Shown in pieces: positions 49,151 to 63,061 of a DNA stretch of 64,000 nucleotides. The notes beneath the pieces are model-generated. The model saw only the letters and a program-made list of their open reading frames with translations. It searched no databases and was not told the DNA's origin. Both the position numbers and the translations under genes were made by a program. Origin of the DNA: Podarcis tiliguerta (lineage: Eukaryota); assembly GCA_965153285.1 (NCBI GenBank), contig OZ229114.1, one strand, 5' to 3'. Each line of letters opens with the position of its first letter. The first letter of the stretch is position 1.

Positions 49151-52100
49151 GAGGAGAAGGCTGCAGCTCAGCTAGTCAAATCCCAGTGGCTGCTCCTTGC
49201 ACAATCTCGCACCCTTCTCGGCATTAATGGTTGCCACTGCCTTTGATTCCCTCCCTCCCTCCCTCTGAAATTAGGCTCTTGCTGCTCATATGTCCCCTTT
49301 CTTACGGAAGAGCAATAGAAAGGATGGGGCCCAGTTATGCAGAGGAAATGGGCAAAAAAAGAGGCAGGGACTGCCTGCTCACTCGCCCGCTCTCTCTGAA
49401 CAGCATGTTGGCGAGGGATTGGGTTTTCACTGGGCTCACTCTCCACTGCTGTGCCACCCAACAGGAGCGCACAGGTGGGCAGATGAAGTTGAGGTGACTG
49501 CTTTTTCCATGACCAGCCCCTAAGCAACCTCTTTACTGAGTATCCATCCAGATTTGTTTGCCCAAAGCTTACACAAGAGGCTAGACCATGGCTGCAGGGA
49601 TGCTATAGGACAATAAACATTTATCCTGATTTACTTGCACTGTGTTTGTATTTCATGTTACCCATTTGTTCACCCCACACTTATCATTGCATTCCTGTGT
49701 CACTTTCCTGGCTGCAAAAAGTCTTTTTTTTTTTTAAGTGGGTTTGTTGCAATAGGGTGGCAGAGCAGTTTAATCACATAAATTGTGGAAACCTAAATTA
49801 CCAGTATACACTTGAATCCCTCCTGCAAAATACTGACAGACTGGAGGTGACCCTGTGTGATGTAATGCCCAGAGAGGGAAGGTGGACAAGTGGACAGAAG
49901 CATCTGCTTGTGCTGACTCTTAAGGTTTTCTGCTGTTACCGAGAAAGCATGAGAGAGATGAGTTAACTACCCTGTGGTTTTTTGTGGGTGGGTGGTTGGT
50001 GGTGGTTTTTTTTTTTGTTTGTTTGTTTTTTGCACATTCCATTCCCACCCACCCCCAAGAGCAGGAGGTGTTGCCAATGGTTCTAGGGTGCTCCCTAGCT
50101 GGTGACATCCCTCCTTATCCACTTTCTGCTGCAGGGCAGAAGAAGGGATGCCTGTTATTTGCTATTTGACCACCTTCACTAACCAGTAACAGTGCTAAGT
50201 GGCTGTTTGACTTTCAAAATAAAAGTGGCATTATTAAACACACTTTAAAGAAAACAAAAATATGCTTAATTTAATGTAGGTGCTTAACTTAATGTAGGAG
50301 TCACCAATGTGATACCTATGGGTGCAGTGATGTCCCTGAAATCTTCCCCTGGTGCCCATGAAACCTCTAAGCCTTCCATTCACGCAACCCTTGGTCATGA
50401 GGTGTTCCTTGATCTCTTTTGAAAAGTACATAGAGTTGAAGGAGGGATTTAGAATAAGAATTCTTGTTCCCACTTCCCCTTTCAGTTCTATGCGCTTTTC
50501 AAGATTCCAGTTAATTCTATTGGATATGACCTAAATCCTTTGGGTTTTTTTGCTTAAGTGCAGGTGTACTTTCTGTCTGTCTTGGGGGGGGGGGGATTGG
50601 GGGATGGGAGAGACATGACCCAAAGGGGTGGAACTCACAGCACTCACTCAAAAATCGAAATGTGCACATGGACTTAAAAAGGCTGGCAACTGTAGTTTGT
50701 CCAGATGGTGTGGAGAGCAAAGTGCCAAACATTCACAATCTATTCCTCCAGAACAATGGAACAGGGATATTTCAAGCTTCTTTTGTGTGTTCTTCATACT
50801 TTACACATATGAAATAGAAGTAGAACTTCCATGGGAACTGGTTCACATATGTTTGTACATATAACCTGATAACTCAACACTTGGTACAGCGTGATATAGT
50901 AGAGATCTTTATGATCTCATACGCGCATGAGGATACATTCACATGTGTGTAGAATTTGCCTCATTACTAATTTTCTTTCACTCCCTTCTGAAGCACTGAG
51001 GAACTGGGGCAAATTGTGCATATACTTTTCACATATGAATGCCTGCATAATGAAGGAATGGATGCCTGCACAAGAGGAAACAGGATTACACCCACAAGCC
51101 CTGCCCCATAATCAGTGCTGGTGTGAAATAAATTATGCAGTAGCAGGCATAATCCCCCTTTCCCACTGCATGAACATGTGATGACCATTCCTGATTGGGG
51201 GAAAGCTGGGCAAATCATATCCCATTTATATTGTGCATGCAACAGTTATGAACATTCCTAGGTTTACCAGCCTTTGGTTTAACCCTATTTAGAACAGAAA
51301 CAGGTTTTCTTTTTAACTTGAGAACAGCTGAGATATGATTTTGATTTTTGCGTGGTCTGTGTTTTCCTTGAATATAATTGTTAATTATTACATTTATACC
51401 TTGCCTATTATCTGTTATGTTATTCAAGGCAGCTTATATGATTCTCCCAGACTGTCTCCTATCCAGGCAGACTCCGGCCTCTTTAGCTTCACAGGGTTAT
51501 TGCATCATGTGCCCTCAGGCCATGCCCTGGGAATCATTTTGCTTCTTTTTTGCCACAAATACAGTGGTCCCAGCCACTGTGTTTTCGAATTTGCAAAACA
51601 AGGGTCCATACATGTTCAGGATTGCTTCACAATTAAAGATATAACTTCGTTCATTGTGTTAAGTGATGGGAGTGTCACTCCTGCTTAGGAACATAAGAAG
51701 TATCTTTCCAGATGGAGCCAGTCCACTCTTTGCATGAGTTCCAGCAACCAGCCCTAGCTGGTCACTCAGAAATTGATCACTGGTTCATTAGTGCACCATT
51801 GGCAGATGTCTTCAGTCCACCATCCCTGTTCTAAAGCCCAGCCTTTCTGAGCATGTGCAGAATGCCTTTCTTCACTACTGTGCCTACCCTCAGTGACTAC
51901 CCTTTAGCTCTCTCACCACTCCTGGGAAGGAGTCTTTCAGTGTCTTCACACCATTCCATTTGTCCTCAAGGATAAAGCATTTCTTGAAACCCTGTCTTGA
52001 AACTCCCTGCTCAGAGAAATATGTGCCATCATGCCTGTACCAACGAACTATGTGCACTATGCATTTATGATAAATTACTGCTCCTGCTTGCTGACTAAAC

Positions 52101-52766
52101 ACACAGCCCACTATCCCATTTGTTTTACTGCATGCTTTGTCCACCCTGTGCTGCCCGTTGGCCCCTTGCCAGACTCTTCATCCAAGCATCATTTTGCCTG
52201 GCAGATGACTGCCGTGAGCACCTCGTTAACTCATTCAACTCCCCAGATTTGTCACAAATCATTTGCCCCTAAATGGCTGAATCCCTATAAACAGGAGGTG
52301 CCTCCCTGCTTGCTTTCTTCTGTAATGGCTGTTAACAGCTGATTCCACAGCATTCCCACCTGCTGTCCCACTCAAAACTGGCCAATGCTCAACGGAAAGC
52401 CAAAGCGATTAGCAAAGCGATTAGCTATTTCTCCAAGGCCAGAACACAAATCTGCAGTGATGATCTGCATATCCAAATTCTAATTGACACACTGGCACTT
52501 GGGACAGCAATCAACTTTTTAACATACGAAAAAGCATTTCAGTGGGGTTTCTAGATCTGAGGAATCCCCTGCAAAAGTGTGGGGAAATGCACAGAAAAAT
52601 GCACAACAATTTTCAGAGGAATAGAGAAATTATCCTCCTGCAGAAAAGCAACCCAAGGGTCATGCAACAATTTAATAAATTTGTTAACATAAAATTTATG
52701 CTTTTTTTTTTTAAGTGTTTAAGGTGTCATATGGGTTAGGGTTAAGTTGTTATTCTACTTGCATGC

Positions 52767-53148
52767 CATAGAATTGTAGAGTTGGAAGGGACCCTGAGGG
52801 TCATCATGCAGGTATCTCAGCTGAAGCATCCATGACAGATGCCCATCCAACTTCTGCTCAAAAACCTCCAAAGAAGGAGAGGCCATCACCTCCCAAGGGA
52901 GACTGTTCCACTGTCAAATACCTCTTAGTGTAAGATAGTTCATTTTGATGTTAAGTTGGAATCTACTTTCTTGTAACTTGAAGCCATAGGTTTGGGTCCT
53001 AGCCTCTGAAGCAAGATAAAGCAAGTTTGCTTCATCTTCCACATGACAGCCCTTTAGATAGTTGAAGATGGCTATTGTATCTCCTCTCAGTCTTCTCTTA
53101 TCCAGGCTAAACATACCCAACTCTCTCAATGGTTCCTCATATGGCTTG
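52767..53148 (-). mobile_element. CR1 3' fragment
   Basis: ORF 52914-53186(-) contains [34 protein letters not shown]; CR1 3' end at CATAGAATTGTAGAGTTGGAAGGGACC. Confidence 0.92.
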
Positions 53149-53292
53149 TCCCAAAAGACAGGGACAAATGCAACATTGTTGCACATTCTTAGAGAAGAAA
53201 AGGTGAAGCCTCACCTTACTTTCTTAGAGGAACCTGGGATCCTCTTTATTTTCTTTGTACACACCATGAATAGTATCCAGCTAAGTCCTAAT

Positions 53293-53631
53293 CTGTGGGT
53301 TAAACCACAGAGCCTAGGGCTTGCTGATCAGAAGGTTGGCGGTTCGAATCCCCATGACGGGGTGAGCTCCCATTGTTCGGTCCCTGCTCCTGCCCACCTA
53401 GCAGTTCAAAAGCATGAAGTGCAAGTAGATAAATAGGTACTGCTCTGGCAGGAAGGTAAACGGAGTTTCCGTGCGCTGCTCTGGTTCATCAGAAGCAGCT
53501 TAGTCATGCTGGCCACATGAGCCGGAAGCTGTACACCGGCTCCCTTGGCCAATAAAGCGAGATGTGCGCCGCAACCCCAGAGTCATCCGCGACTGGACCT
53601 AATGGTCAGGGGTCCCTTTACCTTTACCTTT
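53293..53631 (+). mobile_element. Sauria SINE, slightly 5'-truncated, with TSD
   Basis: B-box GGTTCGAATCCC and (ACCTTT)n tail. 12-bp TSD TAAGTCCTAATC at 53282-53293 and 53631-53642. Confidence 0.94.
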
Positions 53632-53737
53632 AAGTCCTAATCAGAGGAGACTCATTGATTTTAATGTGTCTAAGTTAGCCATAACTATTCATTTTAATGG
53701 GTGCAATATGAGTAAGACTAGCTTTGGATATAAGTCC

Positions 53738-54179
53738 ATACATTTAAAGCCCATTACTGTCCCCCTTCCCAGAAACCTGAGAATCCCCATGACAGGGTGA
53801 GCTCCCGTTCCTTGGTCCCTGCTCCTGCCAACCTAGCAGTTCGAAAGCACGTCAAAGTGCAAGTAGATAAATAGGTACCGCTCCGGCGGGAGGGTAAACG
53901 GCATTTCCGTGCACTGCTCTGGTTCGCCAGAAGTGGCTTAGTCATGCTGGTCACATGACCCGGAAGCTGTCTGCAGACAAACGCCAGCTCCCTTGGCCTA
54001 TAGAACGAGATGAGTGCCGCAACCCCAGAGCCATCTGTGACTGGACTGGTCAGGGGTACCTTTACCTTCCCCCTTCCCAGAAACCTGGGAACTGTAATTT
54101 GTTAAGGGTGTTTGGAGCAGTAAACAACAAGCAAACAACAGTTTCCAGGATTTGGGTGTGTGCGTGCTTTAAATGTATG
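53738..54179. mobile_element. Palindromic MITE interrupted by the Sauria SINE
   Basis: Terminal inverted match CATACATTTAAAGC / GCTTTAAATGTATG. Confidence 0.7.
53780..54067 (+). mobile_element. Sauria SINE, 5'-truncated, with 20-bp TSD
   Basis: Starts in the B-box (GAATCCCC) and has a TACCTTTACCT tail. TSD TCCCCCTTCCCAGAAACCTG at 53760-53779 and 54068-54087. Confidence 0.94.
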
Positions 54180-55622
54180 GCATATACACAACTATTATTT
54201 CCGCCCAACCTGCAGGAAAGCATTCATGGCAGCTCCAGAGCTTCCTTGCTTCCAATGGAGAGCATCCCAGATCTTCCTAGTATTCCCTGGTGCCTATACC
54301 ATCTCTGTGGGTTCCAGCAGGAGACTGGCAGGATGGATTCTGAATAAGACAGAAAAGCATGAGGAAGTACCATTTTGGCCTCATTTTTGACACATCCAAA
54401 ATGGTTGCTTGTAAAAAGAGAGGTATAGAAACTGTGTTTGGATGTAAGAGGTTGATCTGTGGCATGTAATATTCTGCAGTTATTGTAATCCTGGCCTTGT
54501 AGCATCACCCCTCCTCCACACCAAATTAGCATGCTTGTTCCATTTTACACCCAGAGGGAGGAATAAAAAGGCAACATATCTCTTCTTCACAGTTTTATGC
54601 ACCTTCTCTTTTTACAGATGGCTTACACGTGTTGAGGTTCTCCGTGCTAGTGTAACCTCTCCATTAAAGATCCCACTGTTGACAAGGAGAAAGGAATTCA
54701 TGAATTTACCATTCAGTCCATCCGTATCGTTTCTCATGATATTTATGCAGAGCAGGATGAGATGCTATTCTAGCACTGACCTTAGCCACTCTATTATCCT
54801 GGAAAATGTTGCTGCACCTGTTGCCAATTTTAAAATGAGCAGTGGGACTGTTCTAAAAACAAGCACACTACTCAGTTTCTCAGCTCTCCGTAACTCTCTC
54901 ACACATACTCACAGATTTACAAGACCATCAAAGGAAATATTTCATCACCCTGTGTTTGTGTGTGCACACCCCCCGCCCAAAGACAGAGTTAATTCCTCCT
55001 TTATTGGTAAGCTAAACTAAATGTAGCAAAATTACAAATCACTCAATGCTAGCAGAATGGATCAAATAAGCCCTAGGCCACAATCCTATGCACATTTACT
55101 TTGAAGTTAGTCCCGTTTGAACAGCATGTGATTTACTTTTGAGTAAACATCCATTGGGTTGGATGATGAAGCAAAAACAACACAGGATGTGGTGGGGTTA
55201 GTTTAAAACCAAGGTGGGACCAAGTTCAAAGCTGTCATTGATGGGAACTGGAGAGATAAATTTGGGATTCACAAGCAAGTCTGTTGAACTCCCACCACCA
55301 AGGGTATTGGATCAATTCTGCCTTAAAACCTACTCACTCCCTTCTGCAGAGCATAACTCCTTTAAGTATATTTAGCCCTACCTATGTCCTGTCAGTTGTT
55401 AAAACGAAATTGAGAGCAGTCTCCCCAAAAGCACATCCCTCCCCAACAGAAAGGACATTATCTTTTATTGGAATAATTTGTGACACATGGATAAAATGCC
55501 TCCCCACAAAACTACCCAAAGTGAAATGCATCTACAGCTATTTTCACCAACCTGCCCACTACATTTAGTATCAATAGATATTTAACATGCTGGGTTATGC
55601 TTGGCAGAGAGAGACCTTATGG

Positions 55623-55757
55623 CAGGCTTCCTCAACCTCGGCCATCCAGATGTTTTTGGTCTACAACTCCCATGATCCCTAGCTAGCAGGACCAGTGGTC
55701 AGGGATGATGGGAATTGTAGTCTCAAAACATCTGGAGGCCAAGGTTGAGGAAGCCTG
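55623..55757. mobile_element. hAT MITE (palindromic, 135 bp)
   Basis: TIR CAGGCTTCCTCAACCT / AGGTTGAGGAAGCCTG; 8-bp TSD CCTTATGG / CCTTACGG. Confidence 0.93.
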
Positions 55758-55964
55758 CCTTACGGTGTGGGTTCCTCCTGATTGTCCTACTTGTCATTGT
55801 GTCCTTAAGTCAACACCTCCGCTTTCTGACTATGCTGATGAGCTTCTTGACTTACTGAAACAGCTGAAGCCCTCCAGTTGGCAGTTTTTTTTGGGGGGGG
55901 GGCGTTACTCTAAGATATTTTATGCCCACAGTACTTCCTGTGTACCACATACTGTAGTTATTAG

Positions 55965-56130
55965 AAATAAAGGAAGCTGCCTAATACCGAGCCGGATAAT
56001 TGAGCCATCTATTGTCTATGGTGCCTCGCCAGGGTTTCGGACAGTGTCATCTCCCAGGCCTACCTGGAGATGTTGTAGATAGAACCAGCAGTTGCAAAGC
56101 AGTTGCTCTACCACTAAGCTGTGGTACATC
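55965..56130 (-). mobile_element. tRNA-derived SINE (Squam2-like), minus strand
   Basis: AGGAAGCTGCCT...CTACCTGGAGATG...TGCTCTACCACTAAGCT is the reverse complement of the family at 44753, 58663 and 60820. Confidence 0.75.
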
Positions 56131-56175
56131 CCCAAGAGTCCAAGATATGAGCTCCATCTCTGCGATAGTTTGGAG

Positions 56176-56360
56176 CAGGGGTTGTCAACCTGGACCCTAC
56201 TGCCCACTAGTGAGCGTTTCTGGATTCTAGGTGGGCAGTAGGGGTTCCATGGCACAAGCTGAATCCTCCTTCCATCGAGCACTGGTGGGCGGTAAGGAAA
56301 TTCTACCATCAAGAAAGATGCACTAGTGGACGGTAAGTATAAAAAGGTTGACTACCCCTG
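56176..56360. mobile_element. hAT (Charlie-like) MITE
   Basis: TIR CAGGGGTTGTCAACCT / AGGTTGACTACCCCTG; 8-bp TSD GTTTGGAG / GTTTAGAG. Confidence 0.92.
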
Positions 56361-57549
56361 GTTTAGAGGCTGGTGAGAGCCTATTATTGGGTTCTCTTCA
56401 TTTGCACAATCAGAGAATAGCACTCCACCACTTTTTGCAACATCACAAAATATGCTAATGTGCAGCTCTCAGAATGCATGCTGTTCCACTGATGTCCCTA
56501 AAAGTAGTGATGTAATTGCTTGTGCAATTAGACCAGCTGTGAGATATCAGAAGTTTCATGCTTTTATCCCCTAGTGCCGCATCCACAACTGTCATTATGG
56601 ACAGTATAGCAAAATACTTAATAAATAATTCTATGTGATTAATAAACTATAATGTCTTGAATTGGGTGACAGTCCTAAGAAGCAAAAATTTATTTGGATT
56701 CCCCACCTCCCTATAGTATTATGTTAATGGGCAATGTGGTTCAAGGCAGGCTATTCCTGGAAGATTTATTTCCCACTCAAGGGTCACTGGGTTACGTGAC
56801 TTCTACCACCTAAAAAGAGAAGAAAAAAATCCTCCACATGGAGAAGTGTGCAGTTTCGCTTTGATCCGACATGGCTCATTGCTTTTTTGAAATGGAAATT
56901 ATAAGAGGGAAAAGGTCACATTCCTGCCTTTACTTGGAGTTATTGACATAAGTCTGACATCAGTGGCAGTCAATCTAAAAAGCTCCTTTTTCTTTTTTTC
57001 TTTTTTTGCTAGAGGGGTGCATGTATGTGTGACACACACATACCAGTTATAGATTCGGCATATCTGTTGCAGGAATGGGTGTATCCTTAGAGATTGACAA
57101 CCTACTGAACATATTTGGGAATCACATAGTCAAGTTGAATTGTACAGTGTTGGTGTAAGCAAGAATTTCTATAATTTTTAAATAAATAAAATCTTTGAGA
57201 AGGTATACAATAATGAATTAGAAGCATTCAATCACATTTGATATAAAATAAATTTATACATTTAAAGCAAAAAGTATCACAATTTCTATCTGATAAAAAG
57301 GAACATTAATCGGTATCAAATTCTACAGCTTCTGATGTCCAGAATCTTTGAAATCTAAGGGCATGAGGTGATCAAACTTTCTCTAAATCACATGCATTGT
57401 GTAGAGGGATGGGGATATGTTTAGTTTTAGCTTTAATGTTGGTAAAGGCAATAGATACCCAATATTGAGTCATACTTAGAACAGGCTTGTTTAAATCAAT
57501 GGACTAGCTGAGTAAGACTAGCACTGCTATTTCCCATAGTGAGAAATCA

Positions 57550-57790
57550 CAAAGTGACAGAGCACACATTTTGTATGCATAAAGTCACAGGTTCAATCCC
57601 TGGCCTCTCCAGTAGTACAGATGCGGGAAAACTCTGCTTGAGGTCTAGACTACTCTTCACCACCCTGGTGTCCTCCATATATTTTGGGCTATCAGCCTCA
57701 CCCCACTGTAGTCCAAAAATGTCTGGAAGACACCGAGTTGGAGTAGACAATTCTGGGCTAGGTGGACTAATGGTACTGCTTGGTTTACAT
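57550..57790 (+). mobile_element. tRNA-derived SINE (Squam2-like), degenerate
   Basis: CAGGTTCAATCCCTGGCCTCTCCAG ... GTAGACAATTCTGGGCTAGGTGGACTAATGGT. Confidence 0.65.
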
Positions 57791-58662
57791 CATAAAATCC
57801 CATGCCAATTGTTATTTCCAAAGACAATGCCCACTATGTCCCAATATATTAATCTTCTCGTCATCATTCACAAAATGCAACTGAAAACATTCATCTATTT
57901 CCAGAGCTTTAATTTGATCAAACTAAGTAAATTTAAACAAAAATAGTATATAGAGGACATTTTGATGACTTTATGCTTTTGTGTCATCATTAAACAGTAA
58001 TTGTCACCGATAATTTTGTCATGTGCAGTGCAATCCTGTTGCATGTTTGCTTAGAAATAAGTACTATTATGTTCAATGGGACTTTCTTCCAGTTAAGAGT
58101 GCATAGGAATTCCATATCAGTGAATTGTAGTGTAATCGTAATGATATTCGCTTGGAAGTAAGTGCCCCTTAAATAATTGGAACACACTCCCAAGTACTAC
58201 ATGGGTACTGGTCTTACATACATACATGATTTATGTTCAAGAAAGTGCCTCAAATTATTAATAATTATTTTCAATGTAGAATGGAAGAAGGCTTGCCATT
58301 TTATTGCTGGCACAAACTGAAAGCTGATTTAGAAACTTTTATTCAGATTGATTCATCCCAAAATCTAGATAGGAATTCCATATCCAACAACATTTCTGAA
58401 TATGCACTGGGGATGCATGATTTACATTTACAAACAACAACATCTACTAATAAACATAGTATGCTGATTGAGAATGCAAGGATGCTGCTTTTAAGATATC
58501 TTTGTAAATCCTCTGCATGCAATCCTTGTTTATTTACATATATTTACAGTAAAAAATGTGATCAAGCCTCAGTAAAATTCATACCCAAAGGGATACAATC
58601 CTGCATTTAGATTCAAAGGATAGTAGAGGCTGTAAGGCTGATCCATCCCTACAATCTAAAAC

Positions 58663-58850
58663 AGGACTATTGTTCAGTGGTAGAGCACCGTACATACTTT
58701 GCATACAAAACATCCCAGGTACAATCCCTAGTATTTTCAGATAGGACTATAAAAGGTCCTTGTTTTTTCTAAGCCTGAAGAGCTGCTGCCGGTGAATGTA
58801 CACAACACTGAACTATATTGACCGATGCTCTGACTTTATATAAGCAGCTT
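58663..58850 (+). mobile_element. tRNA-derived SINE (Squam2-like)
   Basis: TCAGTGGTAGAGCA..CCCAGGTACAATCCC..GAGCTGCTGCC..TATAAGCAGCTT. Confidence 0.75.
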
Positions 58851-60819
58851 TTGGTGCTTACAATATGGCCAGTACAGTTGAGTAGAAGGAATCCACAGAG
58901 TTCAATAACCCTGGAAATAAAGCAACTGGAAGGCAAAGATTGAGCAATGGCTACCAAACCAGGAACAGGTGGTACATTTTACTGAGGAGGCAGAGATTCC
59001 AAGGATTGTGGACAAAACCACTCATATAATTAGAGGAGGGGGACAGATGTGGGTGGATCTGCCAGGCAAACAACAGATTTTGAGTGTTCTCAGGGATATA
59101 GGAATCAGAGCAAAACTTATACTTTAGTACAACTTTCACTGTTGAAAAATTCATCTTCTCAGTAAACTCTGAAAACTGATGCCCTGTCTACTAGAATGCA
59201 CTAATCAAGCTGTAGACTACATTAGGCACTATTCAAATTAATAATAACTGCTCAATTGTATATGATGCCATTTCAGAAGCTCAGTGTTGCATAGGCTCTA
59301 TCTGAGAGTTTCTGTGGCACTGCAAAGGGACAACATGTCTCTTTCTTGATATCTTCTCCGAATTTTTCTTTACATCTACCTATCTGTTTACTTTCCTAAC
59401 ATATGCTTCTGAAAAAAAGACTTACTTGGCCTTAACAAGTTGCCATCTGTCCATTGACTTCTAATAGTCTTTTAAAAATGCAGATCATGTTGTTTAGAAC
59501 CCAGAGACAGAGGTTTTATATTTGCTAATGACAATAAGTGAAGTTCTGTCTAATACAAAAAGGAATAAGCAGACAGATCACCTTTTTATATAAACGTCCT
59601 TTGACATTCAGCATAACACAAAAGAAAAGAAACTGATAGAAACAACTGCCTAATCTTTTAACAGCTGTCTGTTATCTCTGCTTCCAGACATTCAGCTACC
59701 AAATCATCACAATATTTTTCAGGTGTCAATGTGCATTTTCTCCTAGCATTTCTCAGATGTTTGATGCTGTGAGACCAGAACATGGTGCATAAGAATATTT
59801 TTCCTAAGCAACAGATGTTGAACAATACTCTACCTTACTCCTTGGTGTAATCATTGGCTTTTCTTCTGCTACAACCTGCCAACTTTCTCTACACTTGGTT
59901 CTCTGGGGAAAATGTCAGAAAAGTTTTCCAGCAGAACATAAAGATTGTAAGAGAATGATGTTTCATTTTCCATTTACACTTTTTTGGTTTTGTTTTTTCT
60001 TGTAACAAATATGTAAGCTTCTATGGTAAGCTTATTGGTGTCATTTAGCCCCAAGGAATTAACATACTAGGTGATAGCTGATACCTGAGCTCTACACAAA
60101 TTAGAGCTAATAGCAAGTACCTGTACAATGGGCAGTCTGTGAACTCCGGTGTGGACTAACCTGATCTGTTCCTCCCAGACTAATGTGTGGGTTGAAATAA
60201 CTTGTTTTGCAATAAAATACACAATAACAGGTTACTTTAAAAACAAAATGGAATGGACGTGATGAATGAACTTAAAACAAAATTGACATGAACTGGGTAT
60301 ATAGACTGATCTACCCATCTCTAATTTCAGGCAGCAATTGAATATAGAACAGTAGTACTGCAGGGGGTTTTGCTACTGCAGTTGGGATGACATATCTATT
60401 CAAACATGTTTATCTGAAATGCCTGCATTCAGGTTCCAAAGCTGCCCAGTTGAATCATTATATTCCCCTAACAATGTAAACTGTTCTGACCTTGCAGTCA
60501 TGGGGGATACAATAGGAACACTGATCAAAAACCCTCCTTTTCAAAAAGCACATTTCCTTCACTGAGAAGAGCCATCTATTTTTGGTCTTGTTTATGTTTA
60601 CAAGAAGGAGATGAAGTTGTGTTGGTGAAGTTGTTCTAATCACAATAAGGCAATGGCTACTTCCAAACACTGGAATTGGTTGCTGAAGATGTTCTTCTCA
60701 TCTACCCATTTTCCACTGCAAGATCTACTAATTTTCAGTGTCAAGGTTTGCCAGCAGTGGAACCCACCCAATGGAACTTCCATTAAGGGAAATTTGTCTA
60801 GTCCCCTCTCCACTGTGAG

Positions 60820-61002
60820 TGATAGCTCAGTCATATGGTGCATGCTTTGCATACAGATTGCTCCAGATTCAATCCTTGGTATCTCAGGGCAGGGTTGTAA
60901 AATATGCCTATAGAAATCCTGAACAGCAGCCAGTCAGTGCAGACAACACAGAGCTAAATAGACTAATAGTCTGACCCAGCAGAAGGCAACTTCCTCTGTT
61001 CT
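60820..61002 (+). mobile_element. tRNA-derived SINE (Squam2-like)
   Basis: TAGCTCAGT..ATGCTTTGCATACAG..TTCAATCC..CAGTCAGTGCAGACAA..AAGGCAACTTCCTCTGTTC. Confidence 0.75.
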
Positions 61003-63061
61003 CATTGTCAACTTATAAAACCTATTGGTTTATGCAGATGGTTGCTTGCCAATGCAGGCTGAAATCCCCCAAATTTAAGTTGCTGCTTTTTTGTTTTCTA
61101 TTTAATTGGTTTCAGGCTGTGTTTATGTAAATCGAACCTATCTTTACTTATATACTGTAGATTGTTTTATATGCCCAAATTGTGTGAGGAAAGTATCTAA
61201 AATATGGCTGGAGACTCCAGCCATGTTTAAATATAGTTGGGGACAATTTTGATATTTTGCAGATACAATCATACACACAATTGGTTGTGGAAAAAATGAG
61301 TAGTGATACACAACAATTAATTCACAACCCTTCCAAAATGGAGGAGGGGGTATAAAAGAGTGGAAACTAACAGGGAAGAAGAAATGTGTCTTCATACAGC
61401 AATGACTTTCTGTTTCTAGTAAAACCTGAGATCCTACAAATCAAGCACAGTAAAATGCCTAAAATAAATGGCTGACAACTGCAGCTCATCTCCTCGTGGC
61501 AGGTGATCATATGCCACCAAAGCACCACAAATAACAAGGCAGTGGAGGCAGATAAAATTCCAAGGGTGGAATTTTTTTAAAATAACTTCTTGTTTTCTGC
61601 AACCAGGACAGTGTAAAGGAATCCTTGAGGAGAAATTCCATATGGCCAATAAAAATGGTTCTGCCTGCCTGTATTGGTTCACTATCTTAACTGAGAATTT
61701 GCAGTGTGCTTATAATAAACACACAGCACAATGAAAGCTTGAAATGGAGACAAAATTGGGATAAAATACTACTGTGCACATAATTTAGATCATGGTACCA
61801 ACTTAGGGCCAAGGTCAGCTGGCTGGTTAGTTTGTATTATCTCATGTACTCTGTAATCATTTTTCCCCCTATGCATTTTAAATAACTATATTGTACTTTT
61901 ATTATTTTATTAGTTTGTTTTATAATTCATTGTTGATAAATGGTAGAGTGCAACACCAGTGATGTGGGGAAACCTTTTATAAACACATTTGAACAACAAC
62001 AACTTTGCAAGTACATTTAGGATACTTTATCAGTAAATTTCATTGACAAAAATAGGCACTTGCATCACCCCAGTACTTACACCAATAATCAATGCTTGGG
62101 CCATGCTCACTGTACATTGCTAAAGGCTCAGTTATATCCACTGTGTGCCATAATAATTTGCACTGATAAGTTTAATATGTAGAAATACAAATTTCCAACC
62201 TGTTAGCACCATTTCAGAAGACCAGCATGTGGAGCAGCAAGCTTTGGATGCAGGTGCCAAAGCCTCCTTCTTCCTCTTCTGGACATGTTTTGTTTTGCCA
62301 TTCCAAACCATAACACTGGACCTTGTAGTGCATGGTGGATAACTATGATGAGGATGAGGCCATGGCAGCTTCCATGAAGGCAGAACAATTGGTAACTTTT
62401 TTCAGGGAGCTCCCAGCTGGAGGTCACAACCTTACCACCATCCTTGAACCCAGAGGGTGAGGCTCCTTCCATACCGCCATCTCCGCAGCAACGTAGAATT
62501 CAAATGTTGCAAAACAAGGTAAGAGTCCTTGAACAAACCTGCCAGCTACTTCAGGTGGTGTAGAAGGACTCAACACATTGCATGTTTTGTCAGCCCACAT
62601 AAGGCTTCTGATGGTTTTAATTTCCTGCTGAGACAGCATCTTCTTATAGCTACTGTAATAAGGCAGAGCTTCAGCCAGCAGGACTTGCTTGGAGCTGTCC
62701 AAGGTCCTGTTTATGTCTGCTCTCTTCATAACAGCTTTTGACTGAATTGTTCTTGCATTTCTACCTGCACTGATGTGGTCCAAAGGAAAGTAGAGCAATA
62801 CAATTGGTACCTGCTTGGCTGAGGGATTTGCCAGAAGGAGGTGTACAATATGCCATCCAACTGTCTTAGGGACTCCACTCCAGATCTGTGTAGCGTTTAC
62901 TGCTTAACCTTTTGTTCCACTGAAGTTATCCTGCAAGGCAATGGAGGTTTAGCCTATCTCCTAGATGGGCTACCTTCCCAGGCCACCCCCCCCCCCCACA
63001 TGCTCTCCACTTCCCTTTATAGCACATGAAGTAAATGCCTTCCCTTTATAGCACATGAAGT

